From Acidimicrobiia bacterium (GTDB taxonomy: Bacteria; Actinomycetota; Acidimicrobiia; Spongiisociales; JAENVV01), in assembly GCA_041577335.1 (NCBI GenBank), contig JBFGJH010000022.1, positions 1-43,905 on the forward strand: a stretch of DNA of 43,905 bases, given 5' to 3'. The notes below the pieces were generated by a model. The model was not told the origin of the DNA. It ran no database searches and saw nothing but the letters and a program-made list of their open reading frames with translations. Numbering within the stretch: the stretch's first letter is position 1; every line of letters begins with the position of its first letter. Made by a program: the position numbers and the translations under genes. This document shows positions 18,127 through 27,692 of the stretch, piece after piece.

Positions 18127-19458
18127 GTGCGAATCGTCATCGTCGGCGCAGGATCGGTGGGTTCGTACCTCGCTCAACGCCTTTCGCTGGAAGGCCAAGA
18201 CGTCGTGGTCATCGAGAGTGACCCCAAGCGGGCCGCCGATATGCAGGACAAGCTCGATGCTCTGGTGATCGCCGCCAACGGTGCCAGCCCTGCGGCTCTC
18301 GAAGAAGCGGGAGCCGGCAGCGCGGACCTGCTGATTGCGGTCTCCAACAGCGACGGCGTCAACCTCTTGGCCAGCCACGCGGCCAGCCATCTCGGTGCCA
18401 AGCGGACCGTGGCTCGTGTCGAAGAGCCCGGGCTCCAGGCAGGAATGCGGGGTCTCAACGTCGATGTCGTCATCGATCCCGCCGAAAGTGCTGCCGAAGA
18501 GCTCGTCCACCTGGTTCAGCAGGGTGGGGTGTCGGAACTGGTGGAATTCGGAGAAGGCCAGCTCGTGTTGGTCGGCGCCACCGCCCAGCCCGCCAGCCCC
18601 ATCCTGTCCGCCAATCTGGCTTCCCTGCGGTCAGAAGTCAGCGAGTTCGACTGGGTGGTGGCTGCGGTCGTCCGCGGGTCGCAGACCATCGTCGCCAACG
18701 GAGGCACCCAAGTCGACGCCGAAGACCACGTCCTGATGATGGTCACCGCCGGCCACGTGGAAGACGCCGCCAACCTGCTGGGCCTGCGCAAACGCGAGGT
18801 GTCCAGAGTCGTCATTCTCGGTTCCACCCATTTGGCCGAGCTCACCGCCGACGCCATGGTGGAGGAAGGAATCGACGTCGTGATCGTGGACCCGGACGTC
18901 GTCAGGTGCCGTGAGATAGCAGAAAAACACGCCAAGGCACTGGTCATCGAAGGCGACTTGAGCGATCCCCAAACGCTCAGCGCTCTCGGCCTTGGCAGCC
19001 GCGATGCCGTGTTGGCGTTGTCGGGCTGGGACGAACAGAACATCGTTGGCTGCCTCCTCTCGAGAGAGTTGGGCGCGGCGTTCACGGCCTCGCGGGTCAA
19101 CCGCCAATCACTCATACCGTTGCTCAGCGGCATCGGAATCGACGCCACCATCTCATCACGGTTGGCAGCGGCAAGCGCCATATTGCGTTTCGTTCGGAGA
19201 GGGCGGATCCACTCGGTTGCCACTTTCGAGGACACCGACGCCGAGGCCATCGAGCTGGAGGTTGCCCCCCATTCGGCTGCCGCCGGCAGGCGAATCGTCG
19301 ACCTCGACCTGCCGTCTCGGGCTGTCATCGGCGGCATATTGAGAAACGGTGATTCGTTCGTTCCTTCCGGGCTCTCAGAAATCGAAGCCGGTGACCACCT
19401 CATCATCTTTGCTCTCCCCAAAGCGCTCGCCACCGTCGAAGCGCTCTTCTCCGAGTGA
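18127..19458 (+). CDS. trkA: Trk potassium uptake protein TrkA
   Basis: IVIVGAGSVG Rossmann motif, tandem RCK_N/RCK_C domains; GTG at 18127; coupled to trkH. Confidence 0.93.
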   Translation: MRIVIVGAGSVGSYLAQRLSLEGQDVVVIESDPKRAADMQDKLDALVIAANGASPAALEEAGAGSADLLIAVSNSDGVNLLASHAASHLGAKRTVARVEEPGLQAGMRGLNVDVVIDPAESAAEELVHLVQQGGVSELVEFGEGQLVLVGATAQPASPILSANLASLRSEVSEFDWVVAAVVRGSQTIVANGGTQVDAEDHVLMMVTAGHVEDAANLLGLRKREVSRVVILGSTHLAELTADAMVEEGIDVVIVDPDVVRCREIAEKHAKALVIEGDLSDPQTLSALGLGSRDAVLALSGWDEQNIVGCLLSRELGAAFTASRVNRQSLIPLLSGIGIDATISSRLAAASAILRFVRRGRIHSVATFEDTDAEAIELEVAPHSAAAGRRIVDLDLPSRAVIGGILRNGDSFVPSGLSEIEAGDHLIIFALPKALATVEALFSE

Positions 19459-20951
19459 CCGCCCGACTGGCAGCCATCCGCCCCGGCGGTTGGAAAATGA
19501 TCGCCCGACGCGTCGTCTATGTCATTGGCGCCGTGGTGGCAGCTTCGGGCGTTGCAATGATCCCACCAATCATCGTGTCGCTGATCTATCAAGAGTGGGC
19601 GACCGCCGGCGCGTTTGGGCTCTCCTGCGCTATCACGGTGGGCGTGGGTCTGGTCGGCTGGAGAGTCGTCGGCCACAGCAGCGGCGAGCTGACCACCAAA
19701 GAAGGATTTGCCATCGTTGGCGTCGCCTGGTTCGCAATCAGCCTGTTCGGCTCGCTCCCCTACCTCCTGTCCGGCACCCTGACAAACCTCACCGACGCCT
19801 ACTTTGAGACTGCTTCCGGTTTCACCACCACCGGCTCCTCGGTGATCCCCGACCCGGGGCTCCTTCCCCATGGAGTTCTCTTCTGGCGATCGTTCACCCA
19901 GTGGATCGGGGGCATGGGGATCATCGTCCTCTCGATCGCCATCCTCCCGTTACTTGGCGTCGGAGGGGTCCAACTGGCGCGGGCCGAGTCTCCCGGGCCT
20001 CGGCCAGACCGGCTCACGCCTCGATTTCGCGAAACGGCCAAACGCCTATGGCTCCTGTATCTGGCGATCACCGTCGTCGAAATCGTGTTGCTCGCCGCCG
20101 GCGAGATGGACCTCTTCCAGGCAATCAACCATGCCTTCACGACCATGTCCACTGGCGGGTTCAGTACCGAGGCAGCCAGCATCGGAGCTTTTGGGCCTTA
20201 TACCCAGTGGATCATCATCCTCTTCATGTTCATCGCCGGCACCTCGTTCGCGTTGCACTTTCGGGCACTGCGGCGGCCGGTGGAATATGTCAAGAACACC
20301 GAGTTCCGGCTGTACTCGGCAATCGCGGTGGGTGCTTTCATCATCATCACAGGTGGCCTGGTGGCCAACGGTACCTTCGACGAGAAAACGATTCGCGACG
20401 GTGCATTCACGGCGACGACGCTCATCACAACCACGGGATACGGAACGGAGGACTTCACACAGTGGGTCTCTGGTCTCCAGATATTCGCAGTTGGCCTGTT
20501 CTTCGTGGGAGGCATGGCCGGGTCGACCGCCGGCGGCGTCAAGACATTCCGATTGGCGGTGCTCATGAAGTCTGCGCAGGTGGACCTCCGCAAGCTTCTC
20601 CACCCGAAAGGGGTGTTCGTGACCCGTTTCGGCGAGAAGGGCATTCCCCGCGAAATCGTTCAGTCCGTCCAGTCGTTCTTTCTGTTCTACATGTTCATCT
20701 TCATGACCGGCACGTTCTTGCTGGCGTTCATATCGTCAAACACCGTGGAGCTCGACCTCGTCACGGAGGCAACGGCCGTGGCCTCTGCCCTCGGCAACAT
20801 CGGCCCAGGCCTCGGTGAAATCGGCCCAGCCGGAAACTACCTGGGCATTCCATGGCCGGGAAAGTGGTTGCTGGCGTTCTTGATGATTACCGGCCGGCTC
20901 GAGATCTTTCCGGTGCTGCTGCTCGCGACCCGTGACCTCTGGCGGCGCTGA
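19455..20951 (+). CDS. trkH: Trk potassium uptake protein TrkH
   Basis: FETASGFTTTG, WRSFTQWIGGMGII, STGGFS, TTTGY, GSTAGGVK, LGNIGPG, GRLEIF. Confidence 0.96.
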   Translation: MTARLAAIRPGGWKMIARRVVYVIGAVVAASGVAMIPPIIVSLIYQEWATAGAFGLSCAITVGVGLVGWRVVGHSSGELTTKEGFAIVGVAWFAISLFGSLPYLLSGTLTNLTDAYFETASGFTTTGSSVIPDPGLLPHGVLFWRSFTQWIGGMGIIVLSIAILPLLGVGGVQLARAESPGPRPDRLTPRFRETAKRLWLLYLAITVVEIVLLAAGEMDLFQAINHAFTTMSTGGFSTEAASIGAFGPYTQWIIILFMFIAGTSFALHFRALRRPVEYVKNTEFRLYSAIAVGAFIIITGGLVANGTFDEKTIRDGAFTATTLITTTGYGTEDFTQWVSGLQIFAVGLFFVGGMAGSTAGGVKTFRLAVLMKSAQVDLRKLLHPKGVFVTRFGEKGIPREIVQSVQSFFLFYMFIFMTGTFLLAFISSNTVELDLVTEATAVASALGNIGPGLGEIGPAGNYLGIPWPGKWLLAFLMITGRLEIFPVLLLATRDLWRR

Positions 20952-20959
20952 GCACCCTG

Positions 20960-22078
20960 TCAGCTGCCGGGCTCCACGAGGACCACCAGATCGTCTCGAT
21001 GGATCACAACGCCGGCATCGGCATGTTCATCGCTGCGCTTTCCGAGGGCATTCCGGAGACCCGCCGCCCCGCTCCGGCTGATCCCCTTGCCGATCAAATC
21101 GCCATCCGGCGCATAGATCTCTACCGCTTCTCCCGGCGTGAAGTTGCCTTCGACGCTGTGCACGCCGACCGCCAGCAGGCTGCGATTGCCGTGCAGGAGA
21201 GCTGCGAACGCTCCCCCGTCAACCGTGATACGACCAGACGCCGGGACGCCGAAAGCAATCCATAGCCGACGGGCCGACAAGCCCTTTCCACGCGGCCCAA
21301 CCCAGGTACCCACTTCCTCGCCGGAAATGGCTCGCCGCACCACGTCAGGGTCCTTGGCGTCGGCGATGACGGAAGGAATTCCGGACCACGCCGCCATACG
21401 AGCCGCCGCCACCTTGGTGGCGACGCCACCCGAGCCCATGGGCCCGGACGCTCCGGCTGCCAGCTCGTCGAGGACTTCGTCGGTGTGTCGAACAGCTGTG
21501 AGAAGGGTCGCCGACTCCGAGGTCCGGGGATCGTCGGAATACAGGCCGGCAGTGTCGGTGAGCATCACCAGTTGTTGAGCGCTCACCAGGTGCGAGACGA
21601 TGGCGGCGAGGCGGTCATTGTCGCCCAACTTCAACTCGTCCACCACAACTGTGTCATTCTCGTTGACGACGGGGACGATCCCGAGCTCGAGCATGGCATC
21701 GAGGGCGGCGCGGGACCGCACATACTGCTCGCGGTTGGCGAGCACATCCTTGGTCAGGAGTACCTGGCCGGCGACCCGGCCATGAGCGTCGAACGCATCG
21801 GCGTATTGACCCATGAGCCGCACCTGGCCGACGGCGGCGGCAACCTGGAAAGAAGCCATGTCACGTGGACGTTCGCTGAGCCCGAGCTCCGGGAGACCGG
21901 CAGCTACTGCCGCCGAGGTGACGAGAACCACTTGGTAGCCCGCCGCCCACGCTTCGCTCACCTGGCGGACGACTCGGTGCAAAGCCTCCTGGTTGATTCC
22001 GCCCGTCGGATAGGCAAGGCTCGACGAGCCGACTTTGACGACGACGCGGCTTCCGACCGGCAGCAGAGTCCTGGTCAT
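20960..22078 (-). CDS. proB: Glutamate 5-kinase
   Basis: VVKVGSSSL, AAAVGQ, VNENDTV, GDNDRLA, GSGGVATK, C-terminal PUA domain (VIHRDDLV). Confidence 0.96.
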   Translation of the reverse strand: MTRTLLPVGSRVVVKVGSSSLAYPTGGINQEALHRVVRQVSEAWAAGYQVVLVTSAAVAAGLPELGLSERPRDMASFQVAAAVGQVRLMGQYADAFDAHGRVAGQVLLTKDVLANREQYVRSRAALDAMLELGIVPVVNENDTVVVDELKLGDNDRLAAIVSHLVSAQQLVMLTDTAGLYSDDPRTSESATLLTAVRHTDEVLDELAAGASGPMGSGGVATKVAAARMAAWSGIPSVIADAKDPDVVRRAISGEEVGTWVGPRGKGLSARRLWIAFGVPASGRITVDGGAFAALLHGNRSLLAVGVHSVEGNFTPGEAVEIYAPDGDLIGKGISRSGAAGLRNALGKRSDEHADAGVVIHRDDLVVLVEPGS

Positions 22079-23328
22079 TCGACGTCATCCTGAAACTCGA
22101 ACACGAGGTCTCCGATTCTCACGTCGTCTCCCGGGTTGGCGCCCGCTCTCCGGAGCGCCTCCTCGACGCCCAGCCGTTCCAAGCGAGAAGCGGCCAGGTC
22201 GGCGGCAGAGCCTACCGTGAGGTCGTCGAACGCAACTGCTCTTTCCACCGGCCGTCCGGTGAGCACCCATGTCTTTCCGTCGTGGGTTACCTCGAAACCG
22301 CCGCCGAGGGGCCGATGGAGCACATATCCCTGGCGATCTGGCTCGGCCCGAGCCGCCTGTTCGACCAGCTCGATGATCGCGTACGCCAGCTCGCTCAGTC
22401 CCTCACCGGTCACGGCCGAGATTTCAAAGACTCGCTCGACGCCGAGCGCCGCCGCCAGGTCCGGGATTCCGGGCTGCAGATCGATCTTGTTGACCGCAAC
22501 GAGATGGGGGCGAACGGTCAACTCGGGACTGTGGGCTGCCAATTCCTCACGCAGGACCAGGTATTGGGTGGCAACGTCATCTGTTTGCAGCGAAGACGGA
22601 TCGAGCAGGATGACGAGAACTCTGGCTCGCTCGGTGTGCCGGAGGAATTCGTGGCCGAGTCCTTTGCCTTCGGCTGCCCCTTCGATGAGACCGGGTATGT
22701 CGGCGAGCACGAATTCGCGCTCGCCCACCGCGACCACTCCGAGATTTGGGATCAGGGTCGTGAAGGGATAGTCGGCAATCTTCGGTTTGGCAGCCGACAG
22801 CCGCGAAATCAACGTGCTCTTGCCGGCATTGGGATAGCCGATCAAGGCAGCGTCGGCGATCAGTTTCAGCTCGATCGTGAACCATGCTTCAGCTCCGAAC
22901 TCGCCCTGTTCGGCGAAGTGGGGGGCCTTGTGCTCGGCGGAGACCAACGCGGCGTTCCCTTTGCCTCCCCGGCCTCCTTCGAGCGCGATCACCCGCTGGC
23001 CACCGCGAACGAGATCCGCCAGGAGAACTCCTTCGTCGTCGTAGACCAGGGTTCCGAGAGGAACAGGTAGCACCAGATCCTCGCCGTTGCGGCCGTGACG
23101 TCGGTCGCCTTCCCCGTGGGTACCGTTGCCGGCTGCGTGGTGGGGATTCCGCTGATACCGGAGAAGGCTCACCATGTCGGCGTCTGCCTCGAGGATGACC
23201 GAGCCGCCGACGCCACCCGATCCACCGATGGGCCGACCTCGGAGACGCCCCTTCTGCTTCTTGAAGGCAACAACCCCCGCGCCGCCGTTTCCGGCACGGA
23301 GGTTGATGTTGACTCGATCGGCAAACAT
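22075..23328 (-). CDS. obgE: GTPase ObgE/CgtA
   Basis: Gly-rich Obg fold, GYPNAGKST, YPFTTL, DIPG, NKID, C-terminal OCT domain. Confidence 0.97.
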   Translation of the reverse strand: MFADRVNINLRAGNGGAGVVAFKKQKGRLRGRPIGGSGGVGGSVILEADADMVSLLRYQRNPHHAAGNGTHGEGDRRHGRNGEDLVLPVPLGTLVYDDEGVLLADLVRGGQRVIALEGGRGGKGNAALVSAEHKAPHFAEQGEFGAEAWFTIELKLIADAALIGYPNAGKSTLISRLSAAKPKIADYPFTTLIPNLGVVAVGEREFVLADIPGLIEGAAEGKGLGHEFLRHTERARVLVILLDPSSLQTDDVATQYLVLREELAAHSPELTVRPHLVAVNKIDLQPGIPDLAAALGVERVFEISAVTGEGLSELAYAIIELVEQAARAEPDRQGYVLHRPLGGGFEVTHDGKTWVLTGRPVERAVAFDDLTVGSAADLAASRLERLGVEEALRRAGANPGDDVRIGDLVFEFQDDVE

Positions 23329-23350
23329 GGGCCGCTCCGGCCCTCGCTGC

Positions 23351-23602
23351 TTATTCGGGCAGGACGTCGACGAGGCGGCGACCGCCCCGAGAACCGTACT
23401 TGATTACACCAGGGGTCATTGCGAACAACGTGTCGTCGCTGCCGCGCCCGACGTTTTCGCCTGGATGGATCCTGGTGCCTCTCTGACGAACGATGACGGT
23501 GCCGGCATTCACGATCTGACCATCGAACACCTTGGGGCCGAGGCGCTTGGCCTTGGAGTCGCGCCCATTCTTCGTCGAACCACCGGCTTTGGTCTTGGAC
23601 AT
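23351..23602 (-). CDS. rpmA: 50S ribosomal protein L27
   Basis: [30 protein letters not shown]. Confidence 0.98.
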   Translation of the reverse strand: MSKTKAGGSTKNGRDSKAKRLGPKVFDGQIVNAGTVIVRQRGTRIHPGENVGRGSDDTLFAMTPGVIKYGSRGGRRLVDVLPE

Positions 23603-23604
23603 CC

Positions 23605-23967
23605 CTACTCCTCTTCCGTTTTGGCGGCTGTCGCCTTCTTGGCTTTCTTGGCCTTCTTGGCTACCGCCACGTCCGTGATTTCGAGGCGGGTGTAGATCTG
23701 GCGATGACCCATGCGCCTGCGATACCCGGTTTTGTTCTTGTACTTGAAGATGTCGAGTTTGTCACCGCGGTTCTCGCCGAGAATCTTGGCCGTCACGGTG
23801 GCCTTGGCGAGGGCATCGCGGTCGGTGACCGTCGTACCGTCCTCATCGACAACCAGGATAGGGGTGAAAGTGACCTCATCGTCGGCGCCCTTCAAGCGCT
23901 CGACGTCGATCACGTCTCCGGCGCGGACCTTCGCCTGCTTACCGCCCGTCCTGATGATTGCGTACAT
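23605..23967 (-). CDS. rplU: 50S ribosomal protein L21
   Basis: [27 protein letters not shown]; Lys/Ala-rich tail. Confidence 0.98.
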   Translation of the reverse strand: MYAIIRTGGKQAKVRAGDVIDVERLKGADDEVTFTPILVVDEDGTTVTDRDALAKATVTAKILGENRGDKLDIFKYKNKTGYRRRMGHRQIYTRLEITDVAVAKKAKKAKKATAAKTEEE

Positions 23968-24069
23968 GATTTCCTCTTTTGAACAATGGGGTCGCCGGGA
24001 GCCCCAGCGAGGTGTAACTCTAACCGCTGAGTCGTTGTTGCCAACCTGGCCGGCGGTCCGCTCTGCTGG

Positions 24070-25644
24070 TTATTCGTCCTCGAGGTCGAGAATCGTCGTG
24101 TCTTCGAAAGGAATGCCTTGCGTGGCTGCCTCCTCGTTGAGGAGCACACCGCGGCCGGCGCAGTGAGGGCACTCCTCGGAGAAGTGCTCCAGAAGGCCGC
24201 GAGACACGTTCTTGCGGGTCATCTCCACCAGGCCGAGGTTCGAGACATCGAACACCTGAGTCCGAGTCTTGTCCTTGGCAAGCTCCTCTTTGAACTTCCT
24301 GATCATGGCGCGCTGGTTCTTCTCACTCTCCATGTCGATGAAGTCGATGACGATGATGCCCCCGATGTCGCGCAGTCGGAGTTGGCGACCGATCTCTTCG
24401 GCAGCTTCGAGGTTGTTCTGGAGAACCGTGTCTTCCAGGTTGGAGCTGCCGACGAACTTGCCCGTGTTCACGTCGATGACCGTCAAGGCCTCGGTGCGGT
24501 CGATGACGAGGTGCCCGCCCGATTTGAGCCAGACACGGCGATCGAGGGCTTTGCGGAGCTGATCCTCGACATGAAACCGTTCGAACAATGGCAGCTCGTC
24601 TTTGTACAGGTGGACTTTGTTGACGAGCTCTGGGGCCGTGTTGCTGAGGTATTCAGTGACGCGATCCATCGACTTCTGATCGTCGATCAAGAGCCGTTTG
24701 AAGTCAGACGTGAAGTGCTCGCGAATGACTCGAATCAGCAGTTCCGGTTCCTGATACACCAGTCGAGGAACGGGGCCGCCTTGAGCATCGACCTCGATCT
24801 TTTCCCAAAGGTCGACGAGCCGATCGATGTCTGCCTTGATCTCCGCTTCGGAGGCGTTCGCTGCCGCGGTGCGCACGATGACGCCGAAGCCGGCCGGCTT
24901 GGCGGCGTTGACGATTTCACGGAGCCGGCGCCGCTCCTCATCGGGAAGGCGACGCGAGATGCCCTGTGCGTCCGAATTCGGCTGCAGCACGAGGTAGCGG
25001 CCGGGCAACGAGATCTGTCCGGTGAGTCGAGCACCCTTCTGCCCCATTGCGTCCTTGACCACCTGGACGAGAACCGAGTCTCCTTCGCTCAGGACATCCT
25101 CGATACGCGGGTTCCGGCCGTGTTTGGACCGGTCGACTTTCACGTCGCCGGAATACAACACTCCGTTCTTGGACACACCGAAGTCGAGAAAGGCGGCTTC
25201 CATGCCAGGCAGGATGTTCTTGGCGACGCCCAAATAGATGTTTTGAGCGAGGCTGGCCGCCTCCTCCTTGGCCACGTAGTGCTCCACGAGGGTTGGTCCT
25301 TCGAGAACCACGACCTGGGTCTGATGCGGGAGCACCCTGATGAGCATCTGTTTCTTGGCGGTCTCCGGAGGAAGAATGATCTCTTCGTGCTGGCGCCGTG
25401 ACTGTGCGGGGCTCGGGCGCCGGCCGCCCCGTCCGTTCCCACTTTTCGACGCGCGGGCGGGCGCCTGTTTGGGCTTGGCCTTGCTCTTGGGCTTTCCTTT
25501 TGGCTTCGGCTGGGATGGCTCGATGACCTTCCGCACTTCGACCTTTGATCGACCATGCCCGCGGATCGTGCGCTCTTCGACTGGGGCGTCGCCAACACCC
25601 TTGCGGATGACCTGAGCGGATTTACGGCGAAACAACGCCATCAA
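24070..25644 (-). CDS. rne: Ribonuclease E/G family
   Basis: NIYLG..KNILPGMEAAF, KGARLT, IDVNTG, LRDIGGIIVIDFIDM, CPHC Zn link; start is TTG 25644 or ATG 25641 with AAGGAG RBS. Confidence 0.95.
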   Translation of the reverse strand: MMALFRRKSAQVIRKGVGDAPVEERTIRGHGRSKVEVRKVIEPSQPKPKGKPKSKAKPKQAPARASKSGNGRGGRRPSPAQSRRQHEEIILPPETAKKQMLIRVLPHQTQVVVLEGPTLVEHYVAKEEAASLAQNIYLGVAKNILPGMEAAFLDFGVSKNGVLYSGDVKVDRSKHGRNPRIEDVLSEGDSVLVQVVKDAMGQKGARLTGQISLPGRYLVLQPNSDAQGISRRLPDEERRRLREIVNAAKPAGFGVIVRTAAANASEAEIKADIDRLVDLWEKIEVDAQGGPVPRLVYQEPELLIRVIREHFTSDFKRLLIDDQKSMDRVTEYLSNTAPELVNKVHLYKDELPLFERFHVEDQLRKALDRRVWLKSGGHLVIDRTEALTVIDVNTGKFVGSSNLEDTVLQNNLEAAEEIGRQLRLRDIGGIIVIDFIDMESEKNQRAMIRKFKEELAKDKTRTQVFDVSNLGLVEMTRKNVSRGLLEHFSEECPHCAGRGVLLNEEAATQGIPFEDTTILDLEDE

Positions 25645-25907
25645 TCACTCCTTCTGCTTGTGGATGACTCACGAGCCACCCGTTGAGGTGGCCGATGCGA
25701 GCACCGAAGGCGTGGAGCGGAAGGCCCCTTGGAGTCGACGGCGGATAGCCGGTCGCCTCCCCTGCCCTCGTGTCCGATCAGCCCAATCTTGTCTGTCGGC
25801 CAGAGAACCTGGCTGCGCTGGTCGCGCCTGTGCACTGCGGTTGAGAGCCGGGCGCAAAGAGGCGTTCCAGAGCCTGCTACTGAAGTGAAGTAGCGGCTAT
25901 CAGCGTA
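25645..25907 (-). promoter_or_regulatory. Long structured 5' leader of rne with candidate -10 (TACGCT, 25902-25907)
   Basis: About 250-nt gap with hairpins, including AGCCGCTACT..AGTAGCAGGCT (25871-25898) and GCCACC..GGTGGC. Confidence 0.4.
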
Positions 25908-25952
25908 GCAGGGATTTTCCCGCTCTCATTGACCCGTTCCACACAGCCGCCA

Positions 25953-26534
25953 TCACAACTCCAGATGGGTCTGGCGTGCCTCCGACGGGTCCCAGCAAAG
26001 GCGACAACGTGCCTCGTAGGAATCGGTCGCCCCCAGCACAACGAGTTCGTCGGACTGCACGATGCGTTGCGTGAAGCCGGCGGGGCCACCACATCGGTGG
26101 CACACAGCCAGCATCTTCGTCACGTACTCGGAGCGAGCAGCCAGCGTCGGGATAGGCTGGAACGGACGGCCGAGGTAGTCCAAGTCGAGTCCAGCAACGA
26201 TGACCTGTTTGCCGCTTTTGGCCAGACGCTCGGCAACGTCGACGAGTCCATCATCGAAGAACTGCCCCTCATCGATGCCGATCACCTGTGTCACATCGTC
26301 GATGGCGGCAAGCAGCGACGCCGAATCTTCCACCGGCATCGCTTCCACCGACAGCGACGAGTGCGACACGACCTCGGCAGTCGCGAAGCGGACGTCCAGG
26401 GCCGGCTTGAAGGTTTGGACCGGTACGTGGGCCAGCACCGATCGAGTCACCCGACGAATGAGCTCCTCGCTCTTCCCCGAGAACATCGGTCCGCAGCACA
26501 CCTCAATCCATCCATGGTCACCCCGCCGGTACAT
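25953..26534 (-). CDS. tdk: Thymidine kinase
   Basis: GPMFSGKSEELIRR, IDEGQFF, AGLDLD, CHRC, YEARCRLC. Confidence 0.96.
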   Translation of the reverse strand: MYRRGDHGWIEVCCGPMFSGKSEELIRRVTRSVLAHVPVQTFKPALDVRFATAEVVSHSSLSVEAMPVEDSASLLAAIDDVTQVIGIDEGQFFDDGLVDVAERLAKSGKQVIVAGLDLDYLGRPFQPIPTLAARSEYVTKMLAVCHRCGGPAGFTQRIVQSDELVVLGATDSYEARCRLCWDPSEARQTHLEL

Positions 26535-26537
26535 GCG

Positions 26538-27692
26538 CTAGCGCCCCCCGGGAACCAATGGCCGGTTGAGCCACACGGAATGAGCGAGTCCAAGCGCAAT
26601 GCATGTCGCCACCAGCGATGACCCGCCTGCCGACATGAACGGAAGCGGCAGCCCGGTCACGGGTGCGATCCCGATGGTCATGCCGATGTTGATGAACACG
26701 TGAAATGCCAACAATCCGGCGACTCCGATCGCCATCAGCGACCCGTAGCGATCACCAGAGGCAAGGGCGATCCGAAGCAGACGAAAGATGATCACGCCAA
26801 ATCCCACCACGACGAGCGAGCCCCCTATGAAGCCGAGCTGTTCTCCGACTGCCGTGAAGATGAAGTCGGTTTCCTGCTCGGGGACGAACGACCGTTCGGT
26901 GAGCGCTCCCTGAAACAACCCGGTCCCGAAGAACTGGCCACTACCGATCGTCGTGACGCTGTTCAACTGGTTGAAATCGGCGCCGAGGGCGTCAGAGCCG
27001 AGGTTGGTGAAACTCTCGAGCCGATCGAGCTGATACTCCTCGAGGATGCCGAATCGGAACATTGCCCAGATCCCTCCCGCAGCGCCCGCCCCCAATATGA
27101 GCAGCTGACGGATGGTTGTGCCTCCGGCAAAGAGAATGACGATCGAGACAAACCCGAACACCATCGCCGTGCCGAGATCCGGCTGGCGGACCACGAGGAG
27201 GAACGGCACTGCCAATGCCAACAATGCGATACCCACGCGCCGCCAGCGCATTCCTTCCTCTTTGGCAGCTGCCAGAGTCGCCGACATGACCATGATCATG
27301 GACACCTTGGCGAATTCCGAAGGCTGGAGCAGGAACCCGCTCGGCAACGGGATCCAACGTTGAGTTCCGCGCGACTCGGGGAAGAAGAAGACAGCCACCA
27401 AGGCGAGAACCGTGAGGAGGTAGAGACCAATCGAGAAATGCTGCCAATCGCGGTAGTTGATGAAGCTCACGGCCAGAAACGAGACGACTCCGACGAGAGC
27501 GAAGATGATTTGGCGCCTCATCAGCCGGGAGTCGTCGCCGAACAGGGCCTCCTGGGCCTCCTTGCTGGCGCTGTAGACCATGAGGATGCCCAAAAGCATG
27601 AGCGCCATCATCGCCACGATGAGGATGACGTCCGGAGCGCGACGGGTGCGCGACGCGCTCTGAGCGGATGCCGTTGGCGAGAGAATCGTCAT
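26538..27692 (-). CDS. rodA: Rod shape-determining protein RodA (SEDS)
   Basis: QRWI, QPSEFAK, QPDLGTA, PEQETDFIF, GLPLPFMSAGGS; follows mrdA. Confidence 0.95.
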   Translation of the reverse strand: MTILSPTASAQSASRTRRAPDVILIVAMMALMLLGILMVYSASKEAQEALFGDDSRLMRRQIIFALVGVVSFLAVSFINYRDWQHFSIGLYLLTVLALVAVFFFPESRGTQRWIPLPSGFLLQPSEFAKVSMIMVMSATLAAAKEEGMRWRRVGIALLALAVPFLLVVRQPDLGTAMVFGFVSIVILFAGGTTIRQLLILGAGAAGGIWAMFRFGILEEYQLDRLESFTNLGSDALGADFNQLNSVTTIGSGQFFGTGLFQGALTERSFVPEQETDFIFTAVGEQLGFIGGSLVVVGFGVIIFRLLRIALASGDRYGSLMAIGVAGLLAFHVFINIGMTIGIAPVTGLPLPFMSAGGSSLVATCIALGLAHSVWLNRPLVPGGR

